DNA of 64,000 nt from Lawsonibacter sp. (GTDB lineage Bacteria; Bacillota; Clostridia; Oscillospirales; Oscillospiraceae), in assembly GCA_037257225.1 (NCBI GenBank), contig JAYCWP010000023.1, positions 86-64,085 on the forward strand, given 5' to 3'. Below the pieces are notes generated by a model. It was given only the letters and a program-made list of their open reading frames with translations. It ran no database searches and was not told the DNA's origin. Position 1 is the first letter of the stretch, and each line of letters starts with the position of its first letter. A program made the translations under genes and the position numbers. Shown piece after piece: positions 28,618 to 35,951 of this stretch.

Positions 28618-28749
28618 TCAAACTAGGTATGAGGCGCTAGGAATTGTGGTGTCCGGCTCCGCCCGACCGATATCAAATTGTGCGCCGCAGGTGTACTTCA
28701 GCAGTCCTAATTCCTAACTTCTAATTCCTAACTCACTTGGAGGTTCGCT

Positions 28750-29388
28750 ATGTCCAAACGTATCGCCGTACTGGTCTCTGGCGGCGGCACCAATCTTCAG
28801 GCCCTCATCGATGCCCAGACCCGGGGCGAGCTGATCAACGGTGAGATCGCCGCCGTCATCTCCTCCAACCCTGGCGCCTACGCCTTGGAGCGGGCTGCGA
28901 AGGCAGGGATCCCCAGCTATGTAGTAGCCCGGAAGGAGTTTCCCTCCAGCCAAGCTATGACCGCCGCCCTGGTAGAGAAGCTGCGGGTCCTTGACATTGA
29001 TCTGGTGGTCCTGGCCGGCTTCATGGTCATCCTCACCGGTGAAATGGTCCGTGCCTTCCCCAACGCCATCCTCAATGTCCACCCCGCCCTGATCCCCTCT
29101 TTCGCTGGGCCGGGCTGCTATGGCCTTCATGTCCATGAGAAAGCTTTGGAGTACGGGGTCAAGCTGTCCGGTGCCACCGTCCACTTCGTCAGCGAGGAGT
29201 GCGACGGCGGCCCCATCGTCTCCCAAAAGGCAGTGGAGGTCCTCCCGGATGACACCCCGGAGGTCCTTCAGCGGCGGATCATGGAGCAGTGTGAGTGGAA
29301 GCTCCTGCCCCAGGCAGTCTCCCTGTTCTGTCAGGACCGCCTGAAGGTAGAGGGCCGCCTGGTCCGGGTGCTGGAACGCCCGGAATGA
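28750..29388 (+). CDS. purN: phosphoribosylglycinamide formyltransferase
   Basis: RIAVLVSGGGTNLQALID...LAGFM...NVHPALIP...SGATVHFV. Confidence 0.95.
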   Translation: MSKRIAVLVSGGGTNLQALIDAQTRGELINGEIAAVISSNPGAYALERAAKAGIPSYVVARKEFPSSQAMTAALVEKLRVLDIDLVVLAGFMVILTGEMVRAFPNAILNVHPALIPSFAGPGCYGLHVHEKALEYGVKLSGATVHFVSEECDGGPIVSQKAVEVLPDDTPEVLQRRIMEQCEWKLLPQAVSLFCQDRLKVEGRLVRVLERPE

Positions 29389-29390
29389 AT

Positions 29391-29419
29391 TTGCTTTTGA
29401 ACCCGCGCTATGATACAAT
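29391..29419 (+). promoter_or_regulatory. promoter preceding the ZTP riboswitch
   Basis: TTGCTT (29391-29396), a 17-nt spacer, then TACAAT (29414-29419) with TGa extended -10. It starts 3 nt after the purN stop. Confidence 0.6.
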
Positions 29420-29428
29420 GTGAAGTGT

Positions 29429-29530
29429 GCGATATGACTGACGGTAAGTGGAAATGACCACGGGGAGTATCGCCCTGAATATGCCGACCGTCTGGGCGCA
29501 CCGTTTCAAAAAATCGGTGCGCCCTTTTTT
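29429..29530 (+). promoter_or_regulatory. ZTP (pfl-motif) riboswitch with terminator expression platform
   Basis: P1 GCGATA/TATCGC encloses TGACTGACGG...GTGGAAATGACCACGGGGAG. The downstream pseudoknot half is CCGACCGTCTGGGCG, and GACGG/CCGTC covaries relative to the usual GGCG/CGCC. The terminator GGGCGCACCG/CGGTGCGCCC plus T6 overlaps the CTGGGCG element. Confidence 0.8.
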
Positions 29531-29702
29531 CCTGACACAGCTGTGGAAATCTGCTGCATTACAGTGACTGGCGCACGATTTTCAGCCTGGCTTTTTGATG
29601 CTGATTGGGGCGCTCTCCCTGATCCTTCGCTTGGAAAAAGTCTGGCTGTCCTAGTATCAAGCGCTTTTCCCCCTCGTTGACAATCTGCGAAGGAGGATTC
29701 CC

Positions 29703-29942
29703 ATGAAACCAAGAACTGAATTGCTGCTATGCAGCGGCTTCTTCTTCCTGGGCGGCCTGCTACTGTACCCGCTCGTCCGGTCAGATGAGGTCCTTGCACC
29801 TATTAGCATCCTACTCTGCCTTTTGGGTGGAGTTGGTCTGCTCATTTCTTATTTCTCCGCTGTCAGGCAACTGCTATTCAAAGAGTCCTATATAACTCCA
29901 AATTCTGACCATCACAAGGAGGATTCCCATGAAAACACTTGA
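29703..29942 (+). CDS. hypothetical small membrane protein (2 predicted TM helices)
   Basis: 79 aa. AAGGAGG lies 6 nt before ATG 29703. Overlaps the next gene by 14 nt. No family recognised. Confidence 0.5.
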   Translation: MKPRTELLLCSGFFFLGGLLLYPLVRSDEVLAPISILLCLLGGVGLLISYFSAVRQLLFKESYITPNSDHHKEDSHENT

Positions 29943-30636
29943 TCTCAATGAACTCTTACGGAACCATCCCTACCCTGGACGTGGCATCGTCCTGGGCCGC
30001 TCCGCCGATGACAAGAAGGCCGTCATCGCCTACTTCATCATGGGCCGCAGTGAAAACAGCCGCAACCGGGTCTTTGAGACCACCGAGGACGGCATCCGCA
30101 CCCGGGCCTATGACGAGAGCAAGATGGTGGATCCCTCTCTTATTATCTACCACCCCGTCCGCATCGTTGGGGACGACACTGTGGTCACCAACGGCGATCA
30201 GACTGACACCATCCGGGATGGGCTGCTGGAGGGCAAGGTCTTTGCCCAGTCCTTGCGCACCCGGGAGTTCGAGCCTGACCCCGACAACTACACCCCACGC
30301 ATCTCCGGCCTGCTCCACAAGGATGGCAGCTACGCCCTGTCCATCCTGAAGAGCAACGACGGCGACCCCTCCTGCTGCTGCCGCTACTTCTTCGGCTATG
30401 ACCACCCCAAGGCTGGCGAGGGCCGCTTCATCCACACCTATCAGGAGAATCTGGATCCCCTCCCCTCCTTTGAGGGCGAGCCCCGGAAGGTGGCTGTCAC
30501 TGCCCCCGATGCCAAGACTCTGGCCGATGAGCTGTGGGCCAACCTAAACGAGGACAATAAGGTCTCACTGTTTGTTCAGTATGTAGACCTTGCCTCCGGC
30601 GAACGGGACACCGTAATCATTAACAAGCATCAATAA
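29929..30636 (+). CDS. IMP cyclohydrolase, PurO-like (archaeal-type)
   Basis: 235 aa. N-terminus ...LLRNHPYPGRGIVLGRS...VIAYFIMGRSENSRNRVF matches the PurO-type IMP cyclohydrolase family seen in Clostridia. Confidence 0.8.
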   Translation: MKTLDLNELLRNHPYPGRGIVLGRSADDKKAVIAYFIMGRSENSRNRVFETTEDGIRTRAYDESKMVDPSLIIYHPVRIVGDDTVVTNGDQTDTIRDGLLEGKVFAQSLRTREFEPDPDNYTPRISGLLHKDGSYALSILKSNDGDPSCCCRYFFGYDHPKAGEGRFIHTYQENLDPLPSFEGEPRKVAVTAPDAKTLADELWANLNEDNKVSLFVQYVDLASGERDTVIINKHQ

Positions 30637-30668
30637 GCCGTATTCCCCCTGTCAAAAGGAGTGTTCTC

Positions 30669-31769
30669 ATGGCATTGATCGACCCAATCATCCAATTTCA
30701 AAAGGAACGGGCCTCCGTTCCCTTCCAGCCCCCCACCCTCTGCACTGCTGATACCTTCCCCCTCCTGCTGTCCGGAGTCCCTGCTCTGCGTAAGATCCCC
30801 GGTTTGGCCACTCTGGAGGACGCAGGAGACGCCTATTTCACCTCCGTTCCTTTCTGCCTGAGCCAGGAGGACCGTAAGGCCACCCGGGACCATCTGGAGC
30901 AGGTCTACGGCATCACTGACAAGGACAGTATGGTATCCTTCTGCAAGGCTGCCCTGCTGACCAACCACGAATATCTGGACTTTGAAGCCTTCTGGGATGG
31001 CCGCCCCAGCTTCTCCATGGATGACCTTTCTCCCGATGCCCGCCCTGTCTTTCAGCGTCTGTCTGCCTTCGCCCAACAGTTCCAGCCCCTGGTAGGCCGC
31101 CGGGGTTTTCTGGCTTGGGATATCAGCGAGACGCTCGGCCACCTGCGAACCGCCTGTGCCTGCGATCTGATCTCCATGGATGAGTACCGCGAGATGTCTC
31201 AGTACTGGGTGGATCAGGCTGCAGCCTTCCACAGCTGGGAGGAGTATGCCGTGGGCCTGGTATGCGGGGCCGCCTATTGGGCCTTTCGTATGGGAGGTGA
31301 CCACGGCGAACAGGATGCTGCGTCCTATTTGGAGCTGAACCTGCGGCTGGTGCGCCAGCTGCTTGACAGTAAGCAGGCCTGGGCGGGCCGGATGTGGTAC
31401 CGTATTCCCCAGGAAAAGCCCTTCCTGCTCTCTGCCCCAGAGCTGCGTGAGCTCCTGCCCGGTTGGGAAGGACCCAACGGCTGTCTGGCTACTGACCACA
31501 TCACCGTTTTGGGTAAACAGGTGGGCTGGTGCTATCGGGAGCAGCCCGATGAGCAATATCCCGACAGCGGCTGGCGCTTCTTTTCCGGAGAAGAGGATGA
31601 CACCTATGTCAATGATATCAGTCATGTTGGAGTCTATGACCTAAACACCATTTGTAACTATGACCCGGATATTATCCCCCTGCTCAGTGCCCCTTTTGGC
31701 ACCGCCTATGCCAGGGGCGAGGATGGAAAATTCCATGCAGAGCCCTTTGAGGTGCCGGAGAATCCCTGA
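30669..31769 (+). CDS. DUF1266 domain / DUF2185 (Imm33-like) domain fusion protein
   Basis: 366 aa. The middle FLAWDISETLGHLRTACACDLISMDEYREM is a DUF1266-like W-D..R pattern. The C-terminal ~100 aa (CLATDHITVLGKQVGWCYREQPDEQYPDSGWRFFSGEEDD...) resembles DUF2185. Both assignments were made by eye. Confidence 0.55.
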   Translation: MALIDPIIQFQKERASVPFQPPTLCTADTFPLLLSGVPALRKIPGLATLEDAGDAYFTSVPFCLSQEDRKATRDHLEQVYGITDKDSMVSFCKAALLTNHEYLDFEAFWDGRPSFSMDDLSPDARPVFQRLSAFAQQFQPLVGRRGFLAWDISETLGHLRTACACDLISMDEYREMSQYWVDQAAAFHSWEEYAVGLVCGAAYWAFRMGGDHGEQDAASYLELNLRLVRQLLDSKQAWAGRMWYRIPQEKPFLLSAPELRELLPGWEGPNGCLATDHITVLGKQVGWCYREQPDEQYPDSGWRFFSGEEDDTYVNDISHVGVYDLNTICNYDPDIIPLLSAPFGTAYARGEDGKFHAEPFEVPENP

Positions 31770-31862
31770 ATTTTCTGCACATACAAACTGCAGGGGCGCA
31801 CACTATGTACCCCTACATTCTCCTCCCGACCACACCATCAAATACAGAAAGGATGACCTTCC

Positions 31863-33035
31863 ATGACCGAACTGGAACTGAAATATGGCTGCAACCCCAA
31901 CCAGAAGCCCGCCCGCATCTTTATGGAGGAGGGCGAACTTCCCCTGAAAGTACTCAACGGCAAGCCCGGATACATCAATTTCATGGATGCACTGAACTCC
32001 TGGCAGCTGGTGAAGTCTCTGAAAAAGGCCACCGGTCTGCCCGCTGCCGCTTCCTTCAAACACGTCTCCCCCGCCGGGGCTGCCCTGGGCCTGCCTCTCA
32101 CCGATGTGGAGCGGCACATCTACTTTGCTCCGGAGGGCGATCTGTCCCCCATCGCCTGCGCCTATATCCGTGCCCGGGGCGCGGACCGGCTGTGCTCCTT
32201 TGGCGATTGGGCCGCCCTGTCCGATGTGTGTGACGGTGACACTGCCCGTTTCCTGTCCGCTGAGGTATCCGATGGTATCATCGCCCCTGGCTACACCGAT
32301 GAGGCTCTGGAGATCCTAAAGAGTAAGCGTAAGGGTGGCTATAACGTAGTAGAGGTAGACCCCAGCTACACTCCCGCCCCCATCGAGCGCCGGAACATTT
32401 TCGGCATCACCTTTGAGCAGGGCTATAATGACCTTGATATCAGTGAGGAGATGCTCCAGAACGTGGTCACTGAGAACAAGAATCTCTCCCAGCAGGCCAA
32501 AAACGATATGCTGCTCTCCCTCATTACCCTGAAATACACCCAGTCCAACTCCGTCTGCTACGTCAAGAACGGCATGACCATCGGTGTGGGCGCCGGCCAG
32601 CAGAGCCGCATCCACTGCACCCGTCTGGCTGGCAACAAGGCAGATATCTGGTGGCTGCGCCAGCATCCCAAGGTCCTGGGACTCCAGTTTGTGGACAAGA
32701 TCCGCCGCCCCGACCGTGACAACGCCATTGACATCTATATCTCCGACGAGCATGATGACGTTCTGGCCGATGGCGTGTGGCAAAACACCTTCAAGGTGAA
32801 ACCTGAGGTGCTCACCGCCGAGGAGAAGGCCGCCTGGATCGCCCAGATGTCCGGCGTTACTGTAGGCTCCGACGCCTTCTTCCCCTTCGGTGACAACGTG
32901 GAGCGCGCCCGGAAGTCCGGCGTGCAGTACATCGCCCAGCCCGGCGGTTCCATCCGTGACGACCAGGTCATTGCCACCGCCAACAAGTATGGCATGGTCA
33001 TGGCATTTACTGGAATTCGGCTGTTCCACCACTAA
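31863..33035 (+). CDS. purH: phosphoribosylaminoimidazolecarboxamide (AICAR) formyltransferase, stand-alone domain
   Basis: 390 aa. MTELELKYGCNPNQKPARI... The AICARFT domain is present without the MGS-like IMP cyclohydrolase domain of bifunctional PurH. Confidence 0.85.
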   Translation: MTELELKYGCNPNQKPARIFMEEGELPLKVLNGKPGYINFMDALNSWQLVKSLKKATGLPAAASFKHVSPAGAALGLPLTDVERHIYFAPEGDLSPIACAYIRARGADRLCSFGDWAALSDVCDGDTARFLSAEVSDGIIAPGYTDEALEILKSKRKGGYNVVEVDPSYTPAPIERRNIFGITFEQGYNDLDISEEMLQNVVTENKNLSQQAKNDMLLSLITLKYTQSNSVCYVKNGMTIGVGAGQQSRIHCTRLAGNKADIWWLRQHPKVLGLQFVDKIRRPDRDNAIDIYISDEHDDVLADGVWQNTFKVKPEVLTAEEKAAWIAQMSGVTVGSDAFFPFGDNVERARKSGVQYIAQPGGSIRDDQVIATANKYGMVMAFTGIRLFHH

Positions 33036-33272
33036 GCTCTTCCAGATGGGACTTTGTCCCTCCTGGATACGGCATCGGTTCCAAGGAAACCGCCGCTGAT
33101 CCCCCTCCTCGCCTTTTCTCAGAAAAGGCAGACCTGTCCGCCACGGCCAGGGGGCGTGGTGTCCTGCGGCAAAATGAATTCGCCTTCGGACCCTTTTAGA
33201 ATTCTTTCCACATTCGGCGGAAACCCTGCAAGGTTAGGCGGCCATAGGCCGCCCGTATGAGAGGAGCATAAT

Positions 33273-34529
33273 ATGAAAGTTTTAGTCGTCGGCGGTGGCG
33301 GGCGGGAGCACGCCATCTGCTGGAAGCTGGCCCAGAGCCCCAAGGTAACTGAGCTGTACTGCGCCCCCGGCAACGGGGGCATCGCCCAAGTGGCCCAATG
33401 TGTGCCCATCAAGGCCACCGATGTAGAGGGAATGGTGGCTTGGGCCAAGGAGCACGCCATGGACTTTGTTATGGTCGCTCCGGATGATCCCCTGGCCCTT
33501 GGAATGGTAGATGCCCTGGAGGCAGCTGGCATCCCTGCTTTCGGTCCCCGGGCCAATGCCGCCATTCTGGAAGCCAGCAAAGCATTCTCTAAGGAATTGA
33601 TGAAAAAGTACCACATCCCTACCGCCCAGTACGAGACCTTTACCGACATGGAGCAGGCCTTGTCCTACATCCGCCATCAGGGAGCCCCCATTGTGGTCAA
33701 GGCAGATGGCCTGGCTCTGGGTAAGGGCGTCGTGGTGGCTGCCACCGTGGAGGAAGCCGAGGCGGCCGTGCGCTCCATGATGCAGGACCACAAGTTCGGC
33801 AAGAGCGGTTCCACCGTGGTCATTGAGGAATGCATGGTGGGTCCCGAAGTCACGGTACTGGCCTTCTGTGATGGAGAGCACCTGGTTCCCATGCTGTCCT
33901 CTCAGGATCACAAGCGGGCCTATGATGGTAATCAGGGCCCCAATACCGGCGGCATGGGCGCCTTCTGCCCCTCTCCCAACTACACCCCCGCCATCGCCGC
34001 AGAGTGCATGGAAAAGATCTTCCTGCCCACCGTAAAGGCCATGCAGGCAGAGGGACGCCCCTTCCAGGGTGTACTCTACTTCGGTCTCATGCTCACCCAG
34101 GACGGTCCCAAGGTCGTGGAATACAACGCCCGCTTCGGTGACCCGGAGACCCAGCCCATCCTGTCCATGCTGGACACCGACCTGATGGATATTTTCCAGG
34201 CCTGCGTCAACGGTACCCTGGATCAGCTGGAGATCCGGTGGAAGGCAGGCGCAGCCTGCTGCATCGTCCTTGCCTCTGGCGGCTACCCAGTTCAGTATCA
34301 GAGCGGCTATCCCATCTCTGGCCTGGATGAAGCTGGAAAGCTCGCTACTGTATTCCATGCTGGCACCAAGGGGAGTGAGGACGGTCAGATCCTCACCGCA
34401 GGCGGCCGGGTTCTTGGCGTCACCGCTGTTGGCGACAGCCTTGAGGCAGCCATTGAAAAGGCTTATGCTGCCTGCAAGCCCATCTCCTTCCAGGATATGC
34501 ACTTCCGCACGGACATCGGCAAGGTATGA
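33273..34529 (+). CDS. purD: phosphoribosylamine--glycine ligase
   Basis: MKVLVVGGGGREHAICWKL... ATP-grasp fold, 418 aa. Confidence 0.95.
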   Translation: MKVLVVGGGGREHAICWKLAQSPKVTELYCAPGNGGIAQVAQCVPIKATDVEGMVAWAKEHAMDFVMVAPDDPLALGMVDALEAAGIPAFGPRANAAILEASKAFSKELMKKYHIPTAQYETFTDMEQALSYIRHQGAPIVVKADGLALGKGVVVAATVEEAEAAVRSMMQDHKFGKSGSTVVIEECMVGPEVTVLAFCDGEHLVPMLSSQDHKRAYDGNQGPNTGGMGAFCPSPNYTPAIAAECMEKIFLPTVKAMQAEGRPFQGVLYFGLMLTQDGPKVVEYNARFGDPETQPILSMLDTDLMDIFQACVNGTLDQLEIRWKAGAACCIVLASGGYPVQYQSGYPISGLDEAGKLATVFHAGTKGSEDGQILTAGGRVLGVTAVGDSLEAAIEKAYAACKPISFQDMHFRTDIGKV

Positions 34530-35200
34530 GCCGTTTCGATCTGGAAGGTGTAGTCTTTGACGTGGACGGAGTACTGTTCGACACGGAGCGCCTGTCCCAA
34601 GAAACCTGGAATTCTGTCAGCACGGAGATGGGCTGGCCCCAGGTAGGACAGTCCTATCTGGAGTTTGTAGGCCAGAACCGCACCGATATCCTCCAAAAAA
34701 TGCTGGACCTATTTGGGCCGGATTTTCCCCGAGATACCTTTCTCCTCACCTGCTCTGCCCGCTCCCAGGAGCGGATGGAGCGGGATGGTGTTCCACTTAA
34801 ACCGGGTGTTCGGGAAATCTTGGAGTTTCTCGCTGCCCACGGTATCCCTGCTGCTCTAGCCACCTCCACGAATCAAGAGCGCACTCGGCGGCGTATGGAG
34901 ATGACCGGTCTGCGCCCTTGCTTCTCTGCCGTGATCACTGGCGACCAGGTGGAGCACAGCAAACCAGACCCAGAGATCTATCAGCTCGCCTGCCGTGCTC
35001 TGAGAACTGCTCCGGCCCGCACGCTGGCCATCGAGGACTCCCGCAACGGGATCCTATCTGCCCACGCCGCCGGAATGCCGGTGGTCATGATCCCGGATCT
35101 GATCCCCCCCACCTCGGAACTGGAAAATCTGCTGTTCCGGCGCTGCACCTCCCTGTTGGAGGTGCGGGATCTGCTGGATCATCTCCTTCACCAGAACTAA
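34526..35200 (+). CDS. HAD-IA family hydrolase (beta-phosphoglucomutase-like phosphatase)
   Basis: VVFDVDGVLFDTE...ATST...KPDPEIY...IEDS.NGI.SA..AGM. ATGA overlap with purD. Confidence 0.8.
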   Translation: MSRFDLEGVVFDVDGVLFDTERLSQETWNSVSTEMGWPQVGQSYLEFVGQNRTDILQKMLDLFGPDFPRDTFLLTCSARSQERMERDGVPLKPGVREILEFLAAHGIPAALATSTNQERTRRRMEMTGLRPCFSAVITGDQVEHSKPDPEIYQLACRALRTAPARTLAIEDSRNGILSAHAAGMPVVMIPDLIPPTSELENLLFRRCTSLLEVRDLLDHLLHQN

Positions 35201-35201
35201 A

Positions 35202-35231
35202 AAACGGGCATCCCAACCGGGATGCCCGTTT
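35202..35231. terminator. bidirectional intrinsic terminator
   Basis: 13-bp stem AAACGGGCATCCC/GGGATGCCCGTTT between convergent genes. Confidence 0.8.
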
Positions 35232-35254
35232 CATTTCTCTGCCCTGTTTTCCTG

Positions 35255-35929
35255 TCACATTCCCTCCGGTGTCGGATCTCCTGCCAGGGAAAAGAGGTAC
35301 TCATAATACGGCTTCAAGAAGCGAAAGCCCTGAAACACCTGCTCCGCCAACTCCGGCTGAAAAAGAAATCCGCCGCAGTTCTCATCCCGGGAGATGGCAA
35401 TGCTCTTCCGGTTATACCAAGGAGCCAACAGTCTGCCTGGATCTCCCTTGGGGCGCTTGTATACCGCACCCTCCAGTTGAAATTCCGACTTTTCCAGCTG
35501 ACGGGCAAGCCGCTCCAAGGGCTTGGGATCCCGGTCGATCCGTGCCCGCAGCTTAGCCATAGTCAGCGGCGTGGCGTCGTACCAGCCCATCCCCATGCCG
35601 TAATACTCCGGGGCCAGCTCAAAATAGAACGCCGGCTGGCTGATCCAGGCCTCCTTCGGCCTCCGCAGGGTGAACCACAGGTGATCCTTGTAAGGCCCCC
35701 GCCCGTGGAGACGCCGGGCATCACGATAGATCCGGGAGACATGGAGGTTCAGCCCCAATCTAGGAAAGGCCTCTTCCATTTCGGCATGAACCTGTTGCCC
35801 CAGTTCCCGCATAGGCCTGGCCACCAGGGTCAGGTACTGCTCCTTGTGGGCCTCAAACCAGCTGCGCTCATTGTTGAAGCGGATACCCCACAAAAAGTCC
35901 ACAGCCTCCTGAGAAAATCCCTGAAACAT
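35255..35929 (-). CDS. DUF2461 domain-containing protein (TIGR02453 family)
   Basis: MFQGFSQEAVDFLWGIRFNNERSWFEAHKEQY... is the typical DUF2461 N-terminus. Confidence 0.8.
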   Translation of the reverse strand: MFQGFSQEAVDFLWGIRFNNERSWFEAHKEQYLTLVARPMRELGQQVHAEMEEAFPRLGLNLHVSRIYRDARRLHGRGPYKDHLWFTLRRPKEAWISQPAFYFELAPEYYGMGMGWYDATPLTMAKLRARIDRDPKPLERLARQLEKSEFQLEGAVYKRPKGDPGRLLAPWYNRKSIAISRDENCGGFLFQPELAEQVFQGFRFLKPYYEYLFSLAGDPTPEGM

Positions 35930-35951
35930 ATCTTGTCACCTTCTCTGTGTG

